Under the pieces are notes generated by a model. The model did no database searches. It was not told the DNA's origin and worked only from the letters and a program-made list of their open reading frames with translations. Below are positions 12,370-32,364 of a DNA stretch of 64,000 nucleotides, piece after piece; positions within the stretch are counted from its first letter, which is position 1, and each line of letters begins with the position of its first letter. Source of the DNA: the human T2T-CHM13v2.0 reference genome, Homo sapiens; the NCBI RefSeq assembly GCF_009914755.1, contig NC_060934.1; one strand, 5' to 3'. A program made the translations under genes and the position numbers.

Positions 12370-13421
12370 ATTTTCCACGTGCTTAATGCAGAAAGCACAA
12401 ACTAATCATTGATGGAATGGATATGTTTCTTATTCCTATTTCATGTCTGTGTTAGAAAATGATCTGACAACATATGTTGCTATTACAAACATTGATATGC
12501 TTGCAAGGCTTTTATCATCAGCTATTTATCTTCATACAATTGCTGACCTGTCAATAATTACTGACTCCTTCAATGCGTCCAGACAGCTCTGCAGACACAG
12601 TGTTTGCTTTTGGGCATTCCTTTCCTTTTCTCTCTCCTCAATTTTTATTTCATGAATTATTTGCACCAGCCTCTTCCCAGGACACCATTTGAAATGTTCT
12701 TGTGTAATACTTCATCTTCTCCCAGACCCAGTGACTTACAAGAAAATGGCTTTTCCCTCTCCCTTCTGTTTCTACTCTGATTTTTAACTCTGTAAGATAC
12801 AGCTTCTTGGTTTTTGAAGTTGTCTTTTATATTTTAAATCTGTTTGTCTCTGCTCTTCCCTGTTGCCAAATGGGAGCGTTTAAAAGTTTTCTGGACTTCT
12901 TTTCCCGCCTAGCAGAAAATCATTAGCATTATCCCTATGTATTTTTAGAGAGTGTCTGTAAAAATGTTTCTTAATTTTGCTTTGGCTTAAGAAAGACACA
13001 TGTTCCCCATGAGGCAGAGTGTGGCCTTACTTGCAGCTCTCTGGATGTTAATGGTTCCTCTTGTTTCCCACTGAATTGGCTTTTATAGCAGCAGAAGACA
13101 GGTTGGAACAACATCTTCTGTGCAGTTACTGGGGTGTAGATGAAAGGGCATATACTCCCGGGACTGCTCCGTCAGCCTTTCCATGAATACTTAACTTAGC
13201 CTCACTGGTAGGCACTGTGAGAGGTTATGAAGACAAAAGAGCTACTCTACCAGCCTTCAAAATGCCCCGATGTTAGTGAGAAATAGATGTGTATGTAACA
13301 GGCCATAATATAGCTTAGGTTTCTCCTCTTGTGCTCACGGCAGGTAGCTATACCACATTCTCCAACCTCCCTGGAAGGTAGGAGTGACCACGTGGCTGAA
13401 TGCTAGCTAGGAAATTTGAGT

Positions 13422-13862
13422 TGTCAACCTAGGCAACAAGCAGAGAGAGGCTCTCTGAAAGAAAATATGTTTATTTGGGAATAGGGCATTGCAATGGTAA
13501 TGCCATAGTAAACTATGTGCATATTCAGGGAAGTAAAGGAAGACAGAGGTTTTTTTAGGAAAAAATAAGGAGAATTATATAATTGTTTTGAAATAACTAT
13601 CCTTGGCTACAAAGATCAATAACAAGAGTGATGCCAGTCCAAGGTTGGACAGGCAGTTGCTGGGCAGATGTCCTTCTAGAAGTATGTTTTGTGTAAGATT
13701 GCAGTGCCCTTTATGCAAGGTTCTGTTTTTTTGTACAGTCTGGTTTGTTATCAGGCCTGATACATACAAGTGAGAACCCTCTCTGCATGATCTTCCCCAG
13801 CTCTGTTTTGTTGAAGTTTTCTTAACATTAGTGACTCCATTTTGATTTTGAATATTTTCACA
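13422..13862 (-). mobile_element. ERV1 solo LTR (MER31/MER67 group) nested in an older MLT1-type LTR (~13305-14160)
   Basis: TGTCAACC...GACTCCATTTTGATT...CA ends; perfect 4-bp TSD GAGT; TTTATT poly-A signal on the minus strand. Confidence 0.82.
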
Positions 13863-15249
13863 GAGTAAACACAGTGGGTGCCCCTTCAAGGCCTGGGCAT
13901 GACAATCCCTGGCATCCTTTGCCACGATTTTTTTTTTCTCCTCCAGGTTGGTCAAATGGACATGGCCCCCAGGGTGGCTGAGGCAGCAGTGTGCTAAAGC
14001 GATATATGAGGCCAGGCTGTGTGGAGGAAGTCAGTTTGTCCTATTGATCCATTCACCTGCCCTGGACTGTCATATGGGCAAGAAATAAATACAGGCAGTG
14101 TTGAGATGTTATTACCTGTAGTTTATTTATTTGAATAGTTAGCATTGCCTTAATAAATAGATGAGACAATTTGGGATAGGCATAAATGACATTTTAAAAT
14201 TTTAATAGTTTATTTTTATTTCAATGTTTAACAAGAAAATTAACACAAAAAACCATGACTTCATGCATGCATGTAGGGCTTGGCTAAAGTAGGTATTTCA
14301 GTTTAAAAGGTGATAGCTTGAAAAAAAAGAGAAGGTAAATCATGGTACTAGGTGTATGGCCAAAAATTGATGGCCAAGTGGTGATGTGGGGAACCAGGGG
14401 TGGGCATGGTTGTCTGTGTCTATAATTTGGGGGATTCATACCCAATTGTTTCTTCAGTTCTGTGACCTAAAGTTAATATATCTGGGCCCTTTCAGAGGCT
14501 CAGGTACCGCATAGTTCTTGACATTTAGTCTCTTTGCAATGACTTTCATTTACACATAAGAATGAAACATAGCAGAAACAAACCCCTTCCTTGTTATTTT
14601 TTTCTCCTGCTAGGGTGTTGCAGGGGTAGAAATTCCTGATTGCCGGTTTGGTTTTTTTCTCCCTTCTCTTTCTGGACCCCAGGTGCAGCTTTGAGTTATA
14701 TTATTTTATTGTCACTGTTGTAGGACTTTGTCATTGTCAGTTTGGGCAAGGCCTGCATGCTTTGTTTTATTTTTCCTTTTCATATCCACTCTCTTCTCTT
14801 CCCTCCTCTATAGGCAATGACTGCAATGGATTTATATATGTCCTTACATTTGTATGTATCCTTTGAAATATTTAATATTGTTTGTTTTATATGCATTTTG
14901 ATTTACCTAAATGGTATGGTGCCATAAATCCTGTTGTGGTTCTTACATTTTACATTTTTCTTCAATGCTGTTTATTGATTTATGTTACAGTCTTTTCTGG
15001 TGCTGGATGCACATGTAATTTGTTGCTTCTTTCTGCAGTGTAGCATGCCATAGCATTTTCTTTCTATATTTTTCTTATCTATCTCCCTAAGTAATAGACT
15101 TTGCAAAATTGTGTGTCCTTTTGTTTTATGATATAGGACAAATAGAGCCTGGTCTGTGTCTTAAAGAGAAGCCCAGCTCTTACTGAGAAATATTTTATAT
15201 ATTTATATATAAAATGAGTTATGAGATAATTTATAATATGAGATTAATA

Positions 15250-15344
15250 GCTATTGCTATTGGATTATTTATATATAATCCTATATATAGTATATATATA
15301 GAATTATATTACATATATTATATATATAATCAAATAGCAATAGC
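15250..15344. repeat. AT-rich palindrome/hairpin
   Basis: GCTATTGCTATTGGATTAT... versus ...ATAATCAAATAGCAATAGC around a (TA)n core. Confidence 0.85.
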
Positions 15345-16541
15345 ACGTGATGAAGGTTACTTCTTAATTATAGAACCATGGAACTAAAAATGGCACTAAA
15401 GATAATAATGTGCAGGGTTTTAAAAAAATTCCAAGGTGGGTTAAGCAAGTGTTTGAATATCATTTTGAAAAGTATAATTTAATCTATTTCCAAATGGCAT
15501 GAATGAAATAGCATGCACATTTAAATGTGATACATATCAAAGATTAACATGCAGCTTTCAAACTGATATTTCAACAGGAGCCAGGCAGATAACACCGAGG
15601 GAAGTGGTTGGTGTGTTTCCCTAGGGAGGGGTGGTAGGGACTGAGGCAAACCAGCGGGTACCTGGCTGCTTCAGAGGAGCAGCCACTGTTTGGTCCTGGC
15701 CAATGCCTGCCAGGTGGGAGTGTGGGTCCAGGGTGGTCAGATCTTTTGATTTTTCAGGAGAAACAGACAATTCCTATTTTCATGAGAAATCTCATTTTAT
15801 AACAATCTGTCAGCCAAACAAACAAACAAAACAAAACAAAAAGCCCAAACACCAAAAAAAAAAAAAAAAAAAACCCTATAAAACAAACTGTGTTTGTGGA
15901 ACATATACAGTCTATGGGACACCTGCTTATGCCCTGAGCGGGGGGAGAGAATTTCTACTTGAGACTAAACTAGGACCCTAAGGACTTCGGGATATGGTTT
16001 TGTTGCCTGGTTAATGTGGGTGTTCTTAGGAGGACAAAGAATTCCTCTGTGAGGAGGTCTCGTGAGTTTGCATGCAGATGTGGCCTTTTCAGAGTGAAGG
16101 GGACAGCATCATGGCCCTAGTGAGGCTGTTCATGGCTGTCACAGCCTTCTACTCAGAAGGCTGAGCCTCCACAATGTCTGATCCCTTTTCTGCAGTCAGG
16201 TTTTGTTGCTGTCAGATTGGACATGTGAACAGTTAAATCTTGTGCCATTGCCTGCTGGGTGCAGATTAAATGCCCAAGAATACAGACTCCATGGGTGTTT
16301 GAGGCGTGCCCCCTCTGGAGTCTCTCTGGCACCACTGGTCTCTCTGCACCTGCATCAGGGTTAACCCTCTCCTGTGGTTAATTCTGCTTGGTAGTGTCCT
16401 CTGGAGCTCTGAGTTACACCAGGGGTGTACTTAGGTACTCCCCAGGTCTTTGTGGAAACTCCAAAGAAAACAAATCCACCTTGAGCAAGGCCCTGCTTCT
16501 CCCTGCCTTCCCTTACTGATTGTACAGCTGAAATTACAAAC

Positions 16542-17030
16542 TGTTCTAATTGGGGTTCTTCCAAAAGCCTACCCTGAGACAAGCATTTGAGTGCAGGTTG
16601 GTTTATTTGGGAGTTAATATCAGGAGTCACTAGTGAGGAAGCAGGGAAGATGAGACAGGGAAGGGAGATGAGCCCACAGAGTGTGTTAATGAGTGGGCAT
16701 CCCTGTGCAACAGGGCTCAGTCCCAGGAACTCTCTGCAGAACCTCTGAAAGAACATGCCGGCAGAGAATGGGGAGGCTGGGCCATTTGTCCTCCAGTTCT
16801 ACCTTCCTTTGATTGAGGGCTGTTCTGGGGAGGGGTGGTAGTGACATTAGGCACTTCACTCTTCTGGGTTGTGCCTGCTTGCACTGGAGCCAGCTCCTGT
16901 GGGTGCTTGCAGTGGTGAGCTGTCTGCATGCTAGAAAGTCCCGCAGCTACAGGTGAGCTCAGGTGGGCCAGGGAGATGCAGGGTCAAGATGAACATCTAT
17001 CTGTCTTCTCTACAGCCTGTGTCTGAGAGT
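16542..17030 (-). mobile_element. ERVL solo LTR (LTR33/LTR16-like)
   Basis: ACCCTGAGACAAGCATTTGAGTGCAGG...TTTATTTGGGAG...GAGACAGGGAAGGG. Confidence 0.7.
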
Positions 17031-17105
17031 CACAAGGGATAGATAAAACAAGGTCATCTGGGAACAAATGATAGCTGGAGCTCTGATTTGCTACATGTGA
17101 TATGA

Positions 17106-17456
<351 letters not shown>

Positions 17457-17720
17457 GACTTTTGGTTTTAACTCTGTATTCCCCATGGATGACCCTGGCC
17501 TCTCTGGGGTGTTCATATGGAGGTCTGCACTCATTTCAATGGGCCGCCAGCGGGCACAAGACTATCCTGAATCTTTGGCCAAGACCAAAGGAGGATTTGG
17601 ACTACCCTATAAAGCTCATTTGTAGAGGAGAAACCTCAACATAGACACAAACTTGGCATATGCAGTGAAAACACAGTTAACCATTCAAGAATTGCCTCTA
17701 GCTGCCATAACATGAAGGAG

Positions 17721-17791
17721 TTTGTTTTTTTTTTTTTTTGCTTTTTTTTGTTGTTGTTGAGATGGGGGTCTCATTATGCTGCCCAGGCTGG
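17721..17791 (-). mobile_element. Alu/FLAM 3' fragment
   Basis: Poly-T followed by GAGATGGGGGTCTCATTATGCTGCCCAGGCTGG. Confidence 0.75.
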
Positions 17792-18342
17792 GGTATAAAC
17801 CCTCTGTAAATTCAGAGATTACTTGGCTCTGTACTGGATCTGAAGACAGACACCCCTCAGCAAAGTGGCAGAAATGAAACCATCAAAGATATTAAAATAG
17901 TTTAAATAGAAATGACCACAATTCTGGCATGTGTTTGGGATACTTTCCCATGGAATACTTATGCTCTGGGTCTCACAGATGGAATCTCTTGCTTCAGTAA
18001 CAGGCTTAAGCCAATGGGAGATTGAAAGCCAAGGTCAATTGTATGGAGAAGCCAAGAGTGCTGATTTGACATTACAGGCTGTAGAAGTCAGTGCAGTGTT
18101 TTGCCTGGGGAATGTGGTAAACTTCGGAACATAAGGTTTCACGTTGACACAGTCGTTTTGGAATCAGAAGTCTCCAGGGTCAGGGATTATGGCCTCTTGG
18201 GTTTAGATTGCAAAGTGTCAGGGGTGATGGGCAGAGTCTGCCAGAGGTGGGGTGTCCCCATCCCACAGGGTCCCCAGGGCTCCTGCCTACAGTAAACACA
18301 CTTACGATGACAACTATTTCTATTAATTGAGTGGCTTATTTA

Positions 18343-18693
<351 letters not shown>

Positions 18694-19227
18694 TTACCAT
18701 TTAATAGAGAAACCAGACAAGAAAACCCCCAAAACACCCCCTGTTCCCACAAAAAAGAAAAGAAACAAATTACTAGACCATTTTCAACTGTGATGGATAT
18801 GATGACCTGGGTGGGAGTGTGTGGGGGAGGGGGACTAAGAGAAACCGCCCAGCAGAAGCCGCCCAGGAGACAAGGTTGTAGCAGAGAGGCGATATGATAT
18901 GAAGCAGCTGGCAGGGAAGAGCAGGGAGCTGGGGGAAAACCACATGTAAAGTCTGCAAATCAATGATAAGAAAAGCTGTGCATTTGAGCAACTTGTAGAT
19001 AAATATTGTGTTTGTAGCTGTTTTTGGAGATAGACTGACCTGAGCCACTAACCCATCTTAGCCACTTCTTAGGGACGAGATCTTGGAAAAAGATAGCCTG
19101 GCACAGCCTTGTTTTTCTCATCCGTAATCACATAGGGTGTGAAGGGAGGAGAGAGGATGGGAAGAGCTTGATCTGCTCCTGGTGCTGTGGCTTTCAGCTT
19201 TGGATGCTGCTTAGAACACAGGAAGCA

Positions 19228-19366
19228 TCTGAAAATACCAACACCCAGGCTGTTCACAGGCCAACGGCCCCAGAGGCTTCAGGGATGGGGTTGTGGCAAC
19301 AGGTTTTTGTTTTTGTATTTTTTTTAAAACTCCCAGGTGATTCCAATGAGTGCCGGGTTGAGAACA
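19228..19366. mobile_element. MER5A-like hAT-Charlie
   Basis: AAAACTCCCAGGTGATTCCAATG...GGGTTGAGAAC. Confidence 0.7.
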
Positions 19367-19805
19367 TCTACTTGAGCATGATGTGTTCAGCTCCACAGCT
19401 TGGAAGCATCTATACCTATTATTTGAAAATACAGAAATGATCGAATCTCCCCAAAGCCTACGTACTGCTTTGTTTTTCAGTCCTTCTGGACTTCCGGTCA
19501 GTTGATCCACCATGGCTGTTGTTTCAAGTTCAGCATTCATGTTGGGAATTTTGGAAAAACATTTTTATTGAAGTGCACTATACACACATATCCTAAGTGT
19601 ACAGTTTGAAGAATTGTCATAAGGTGAACACACCTGTTTAACCAGCATGAAGGTTGAGAATTAGGTCTTTATTCTCCCAAGAGCCCTTGAATGCCCGTAG
19701 CAGTTACTACCCCCATCCCATCCCCATAGGTCATCCCTAGCCTGACTCCTAACAGCTGCACTGGGATTGAACTCCAGGTTGGCCTCATTATCCAGAGATG
19801 CAGAT

Positions 19806-20057
19806 AGCCAGGCATGGTGACTCACGCCTGCAGTCCAGCTACTTTGGAGGCTGAGGCAGGAGGATCACTTGAGCCCAGGAGTTCAAGTCCAGCCTTGGTA
19901 ACATAGTGAGACTTTGTGTCAAAAAAATGTATACACATATGTGTGTGTGTGTGTGTGTGTGTATTTATATATATATATATATATATATATACATACATAC
20001 ATATGAAATATATAAAATTATATATTTTATACATATTATATATATATGTATATATAT
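19806..20057 (+). mobile_element. FLAM monomer followed by (TG)n(TA)n microsatellite
   Basis: GGATCACTTGAGCCCAGGAGTTCAAG single arm to 19927; dinucleotide runs at 19938-20057. Confidence 0.88.
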
Positions 20058-20194
20058 CTTGCTTTTGTGAGCCAGAAATCAGCAAGAGGCACACCCAGAA
20101 ACCACAGGGCACCTACCTGTCAATTAGGAGTTCATAGTGCTGCAAAATCACAGAAATACTTTTGGGCAGGAACCAAGAACCCTGCTGGCTGAGG

Positions 20195-20462
20195 AAGTGG
20201 TGCAGTGATTGTGTGCTGGGCTCTGGAGTCAGAGAGATCCCCTAGATTTGGGACTGCTTCTACCATTCCCTAGCTAGGTGACTTTGGGCAGCCTTTGGGC
20301 AGTTGAGTAACCTCTCAAAGACTCAGCTCACCATCTGTAAAATGGACACCAAAGTATCCAGTTTTCCATCTGCTAGATTATGGCAAGGATGACATCAAAT
20401 GTGGCCCATGAACAATTCAGTTCAGTGCCTGTCACACAGTAAATGCTGAATAAATGTTAGCT
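20195..20462 (+). mobile_element. MIR
   Basis: GGGCTCTGGAGTCAGA...GTGACTTTGGGCA...CATCTGTAAAATGG...TAAATGTTAGCT. Confidence 0.8.
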
Positions 20463-20607
20463 CTTCGCTTGACACAAATAGTTATGAAATTCCCATGGAG
20501 AATATGTGGCTCAATTTACGAAATATACATTTGAAATCTTTTCTTGCTTCTCTCCATTGTATTAGTTCAAACCACTATAGAGTTTGTGTTGGTTTCTTTT
20601 AAGCAAT

Positions 20608-21647
<1,040 letters not shown>

Positions 21648-22002
21648 GCATTGGTTTCTTGGAAAAGCATGCATTTGCCACCTGCTCCTGAAGCCCCAGG
21701 CCTCACTTAGGTGCCACCTGTGTTGGCTGGAAGCACAGCCGATGACCACTGTTGAGTTTTCCAGGGTGAATGGATGCTGGTAGAGCTGAAGTTCTGCCCA
21801 TGGAGGGTTTTAAAGGGTGACAGAGTGCACAGAAAGCTGTATAAGTTGTTTGGAATTCACTTATTTACATGTTTGAACTCAATTTTTACAAAATCTGCCA
21901 CAGGAGAATACTGTCAAGCAGAAACAAAAATCATGTAGCCTAGAGGCTGTTAGCTTCTGTACAGGCATCACTTTACAAGACTTAATGATATTTTTCATTT
22001 CA

Positions 22003-22333
<331 letters not shown>

Positions 22334-22603
22334 TAGTTCATTGGTATCACATGTTTACTAAATACACAACAAGAGCTGCAGACTGGTCTGTACTGAGTAT
22401 GTCTGCCAGAGCCCTGAAAGTGGGAGTGTATTTATGAAATACATGTCTTTTTCTCCCTGCTTACAGAATTAATAAGGATTTTTCATGAAGAATCCAAACA
22501 TTGGAGAAAGAATGTCAAATGTGAAAGCCCCTAGAATTCCATCCTCCATGTAAAACCACTGCTAAGAGTTGGTGTATGGTCCTTCAAATACACAAAAACA
22601 TAT

Positions 22604-23103
22604 GTGTCTAGGGTAATGCACCTGACAGCAATAACTGAAGCATACCCTTAGAATGATGGTGTATGGCAGACACACCTGAATGTGTTCTGAGATAGGGAAT
22701 CCAGGCGTGGCCAACCCAGAGTCCCATTCCTTGTCTATGTTAAACATCTGAGCCCCTGGCCCATTCGGTGGAACACCGGCTGTATGGGGGATTGAGGCCC
22801 TGAGTTTTTGGATAAATGAAGGTTGTCAAATGGAGGTCATTAAAGGGAGAGTGTTAAGTGAAAATGCTGTATGCTATAGAAACTGCATGATGTTCACAAG
22901 TAGTTGCAGGTTTTCCTGTCTAGCCTGCTGCCATTGGAGTGTATGTAAGGTGGATATGTTGTCCAGGACACTGCCACTGGACTCTCTCCACTGTATGTAG
23001 CTCCTAATAAGACCCCATGTCTTGTTTGCTGGCTCTGGGTCCTTCATCAGCCTCTTGAACCCGGTGGCTTCCCTACTGAGGTTAACAGGGGTTCAGCACA
23101 ACA
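22604..23103 (+). mobile_element. ERVL solo LTR (LTR32/LTR47-like)
   Basis: ATGCACCTGACAGCAATAACTGAAGCATACCC...; ends GGGGTTCAGCACAACA. Confidence 0.75.
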
Positions 23104-23455
23104 GTGTGTACGCACATTTTCTTTTCGGAAGCATGTACTTCAGTGCAGAGCATCAATATGTATTTTTACAACCTCACTTTTTACTGTGACTTCCCAGGGA
23201 GTGGGCTTCTCCATCTGGTTGTTTTTGGGTTTTTTTTGGAATGCATTTTTTTTTATACTTTAAGTTCTGGGATACATGTGCAGAACGTGCAGGATTGTTA
23301 CATAAGTATACATGTGCCATGGTGGTTTGCTACACCCAACAACCCATCATCTACATTAGGTATTTCTCCTAATGCCATCCCTCCTCTTGCACCCCACCCC
23401 CTGACAGGCCCCAGTGTGTGATATTCCCCTCCCTGTGCCCATGTGTCCTCATTGT

Positions 23456-27561
<4,106 letters not shown>

Positions 27562-28213
27562 TGTGATGCTAGCTGGTTATTTTGCCCATGAGTTGATGCA
27601 GTTTCTTCATAGTGTCAATGGTCTTTACATTTTGGTTTGTTTTTGCAGTGGCTGGTAGCAGTTTTTCCTTTCTATATTTGGTGCTTCCTTCAGGAGCTCT
27701 TGTAAGGCAAGCCTGGTGGTGACAAAATCCCTCAGCATTTGCTTGTCTGTAAAGGATTTTATTTCTCCTTCATTTATGAAGCTTAGTTTGGCTGGATATG
27801 AAATTCTGGGTTGAAAATTCTTTTCTTTAAGAGTGTTTAATATTGGCCTCCACTCTCTTCCGGCTTGTAGGGTTTCTGCAGAGAGATCTGCTGTTAAGTC
27901 TAATGGGCTTCCCTTTGTGGGTGACCTGACCTTTCTCTCTGGCTGCCCTTAACATTTTTTCTTTCATTCCCACTTTAGTGGAGGCAAAAAGGATCTCAGA
28001 TGTAAGTTAAGAAGGGCTGCCCTCTTCTTTAGAAATGAGGAGAAAAGGCCTAGAATAGAGATGGCTTTTGCCCATCATCACACAGCTGATAGGGGGCAGA
28101 GAAGTCTACACTCCCTGTTCCCCACCTGGCTCTGAATCCAGTGCTCTTCCTGCCTCACTTGCTGTCCTTTCAGGGGTCACGCCATCCCCTGCCCCATCCC
28201 CAAGCCAGAGACA

Positions 28214-28861
28214 CAAAGGCAACACTCACTGTTTGCAGATTCCATATTAACAAATTTGCTTTTAAAAATTTAAAACATATTTGTAACCCCAGAAATCAGT
28301 ATGCAGGCACTTTCATGGGCATTCACAGACATGCACAGAGCAGCAAAACAATTGAGTCACCCAACATGCACGTTCCCAGCTGAAATGGAACAAGACTATG
28401 TTCTGCCTTCTTGTTTCAGCTCTCATACTATAAACAATGTCCTTTTAATGGTTTATTTAATGCCACTTTTTTTTGCATTGTTGTGCTTTTTGCTGGTGAT
28501 TTCACTGTTTAAAATGACATACCACTGAAGCACCATCTGTTGTTTCTAAGGGTAAGAAGGTTGTGATATATATTACAGAGAAAATACATGTATTATAGAA
28601 GCTCCATTCAGGCATGAGTTACAGTGCTGTTTGCATTGAGTTCAATGTTAATGAATCAACAACATCTATTAAGTAAGGTGCCTTTACACAAAAACACACA
28701 TTTATAGGTTACATATTAATTGGCTGATGAAAAGCTTGTGACCAGAGGCTCATGGGAATCTAACCCTGTATTTCCCCTAGAAACAATGGTTAAGTATTGC
28801 TAATTAAGTGTTCAAGGTGACTTTATAAAATATGACTACTGTGAATAGTGAGAATCACCTG
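28214..28861 (-). mobile_element. MER82-like TcMar-Tigger fossil
   Basis: Reverse complement starts CAGGTGATTCTCACTATTCACAGTAG...GGGGAAATACAGGGTTAG; ~650 bp. Confidence 0.8.
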
Positions 28862-29363
28862 CATATTCGAATAGGCCATCAACACAGATCACAAAGCAAA
28901 AACATACAAGTCATATAGGAAAGGTAGATGATCAGAACCAGGCCCTAGGCAGATGCATCCAAGAAGTGAGGCAGAAGGTCAAAGTCCCTGCAGGTATTCA
29001 TCCCAGAGAGAGAGTCTTAGTTTCTAAGTGTTAATTGGGAAGAACCAAGTCCCTCAATTGAGCATTTCTGAAAGTTCATCAAATGTCTACTGAGCATGTG
29101 ACCAGCATTTGAAAACGTGTCATTCTCAGATCCATGATGATTTTTGAAAGCAAACAGAGCAGGAAGCCCAGAAATTTTGAAAGAGAAGAATCACAGCAAA
29201 TGTATGCATTAGCCTCTCTGCCTCAAATTCTCCCTCCAGTGAACTCTGCTGTCTTTGGAGTCAGATGGAGCTTTCTTTTGGCTGAACCTCCTGCAACCCT
29301 GGCTCTGGCACTAGTCTTTGATTCTTGCAAAAACAAAACAAAACACACACAAAAAAACAGACT

Positions 29364-29613
29364 GAGGATTCCTGGGCAAGATGGCCAAATAGGAACAGCT
29401 CTGGTCTGCAGCTCCCAGTGCGACCAATGCAGAAGGCTGGTGATTTCTGCATTTCCAACTGAGGTACTTGGTTCATCTCATTGGGACTGGTTAGACAGTG
29501 GGTGCAGCCCACAGAGGATGAGCAGAAGCAGGGTGGGGTGTCGCCCCACCTGGGAAGTGCAAGGGCTCAGGAAACTCCCTCCCCTAGCCAAGGGAAGCCC
29601 TGAGGGACTGTGC
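29364..29613 (+). mobile_element. Isolated L1PA7/8-type 5'UTR start (~250 bp)
   Basis: GGCAAGATGGCCAAATAGGAACAGCTCTGGTCTGCAGCTCCCAG...TTTCCAACTGAGGTAC; contains the YY1 core CAAGATGGC. Confidence 0.93.
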
Positions 29614-29989
29614 TCCCTCTTTGCGTTTAAGAGATAATCACCTTTCTCTTCAAGTCAGTCCTATGGCCCTGTGTTTTCTCATGTCAAGATCTTGAGCCTT
29701 AAAATAAAGTACAAAAATCTGTTCATACCTTGACTTGCAAAGAAACATCCTGGCTTGCAATTGTGGAAAGATCAAGGTGACTAATGAGAGTATCATTATA
29801 TAAAGAACATGCAATTCTAGAGCCAGGGTTGTCTTTTCCAAGCGAAGGGCAATTGAAGGTGTTGGTAGCATGGCTCTGGGTTAATATATTGATAGAAGTG
29901 AGTGGTATGGTTAATGCTTCATAGTGCAATTTCTGTGTAACTTTGCTCAGCAGGTGAAATGGCAAGAATAACCTGGCAAAATTTTCAGA

Positions 29990-30830
29990 GGGAAAATATC
30001 CGAGAGAAGACTGCAATGACATGTTTATTATGAAGTGAAATTATTTGTTCTAGGAATTAAGGCGCACCCACCATGTGGATGTACTCAGCCAATCATTTTT
30101 AATTAGAATGAGAAATGATCTAATAAACTTGTGTTATGATAATAGCAGTTAATTAAATAAAAGAGTATGCAGTAGGAATTCCCCATTTTTCTTTCTCACA
30201 ACTAGGAGCGAAGGCACCAAGGATGGGCTGGAGAGGAAGGTGACCTTTCCAGGCAGGCAGGTGAGAAAGCCACTAAAGAACATCCTGATTCATGCTTTCT
30301 ATCACGTTTCTAATGAACGTGGCCCAGTTCCCACTGGAAGGTGGAGAAAATCCATAATGTGCTAGAGTGCTTTATTTTTCCTCTCAAATCAGAACTCAAT
30401 TTGTCACTGCCACGTAAGAAGTGAAAAGGTCATCTTCTCACTTTGAAGTTTCTGAATCATTTAATAGCTAATTTGGACTGCTAATTACTACCTTTCACTT
30501 CTGTAATTATTTTGAATTATTGTTCTCCTGCTACTATTAATGGGCTAGGCAGGGACAATAAAACCTGGCTCTAAGTTCCAATTGGTTAGCCTGGCAAATT
30601 GAGCCACTTTGAAGTGGCAGAGGGGGCTTTGCTATTTCACTCAGCTTTGCTGGGCCATTGACAAAAAAGAAAAAGAAAAAAAAATCAGCAGCTGAAACAT
30701 TATTTGCATTTTCCCAATCTGGAACTGCTTTTCATTAATATTTTGCATGGCGACCTTCTTTCTGGCTGAGCCCCAGCGATAATGAAGTTAAGCATACTTC
30801 CTCCACTGTTCTAATTGCTTTTGTGGTCCC
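29990..30830. promoter_or_regulatory. Candidate enhancer/conserved non-coding island
   Basis: No recognisable repeats; dense TAAT/TAATTA sites, octamer ATTTGCAT (30702-30709), CAGCTG, ACAAT. Conservation not testable here. Confidence 0.4.
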
Positions 30831-30934
30831 CAGATAGACCCAAAACACCTGTAGGCTTAATTATCTATCCACAGACCTTCTTGGAGTCAGCCATGTGGCC
30901 AGAGAGGTTAGGAGAAATCTTGGTCAAACACTGA

Positions 30935-31310
<376 letters not shown>

Positions 31311-31562
31311 ATGTTGGTCCTTTTTAAAGTCATTTTGGTAAAATATTTCAGGTTGACTTTAGACAGATGATCAATCATGTTGGTGGTAATGAAAGAGTAT
31401 CAAAAAGAATTTGCTGACTTCTCCCAAGCAGTAGCCAGAGAGTCTATATTCATTCCTTAAAATCCAAGTCTATATTCATTCCTTAAGTTCTTAAGAATGC
31501 CCTAATATCTTCAGGAAGCCCAGCATCTTAACCACTCATCAACTATCTTGCCAGAGGATCTA

Positions 31563-32000
<438 letters not shown>

Positions 32001-32364
32001 TCATAATGTTTGATGAAGTTACTGTAATGACTTTTGTTGATGTACTTTATACATTATACAAATTCATTTATTTTATTCAAATGGTTGAGTTGGCTATTAC
32101 TAGGTATACGTGGAAAGAGAAATTTGGTGTAGATATGCCAGGTAAATGTTTCAAAGTGACAGAATTTGAGAAGTACAGTTTGGGGTACCTTGGAAGTGAT
32201 AGGGTTGAAGGGTTAACATTGTATGTCATTCATTCACCATGGGATAAGAGTGACAGCATCAGAGAATGTATTCTCTTTGATTTTTTCCCAGCATTAATCA
32301 TGACCATCTGTCAGCTGCAAGAGAGGCCTCACGACATTATGGAATAAGAATAGGATTTGGAATA

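Noticed and set aside
29134-29637. 167-aa ORF
   Set aside because: Read-through into the L1 5'UTR fragment; no support as a protein.
31441-31486. 20-bp near-tandem duplication (similar ones at 8373-8405, 12229-12268, 47398-47462, 61412-61444)
   Set aside because: Ordinary slippage-type micro-duplications.
32006-32347. 113-aa ATG-initiated ORF as a novel gene
   Set aside because: No recognisable domain, promoter or splice context; this length is expected by chance in 64 kb.
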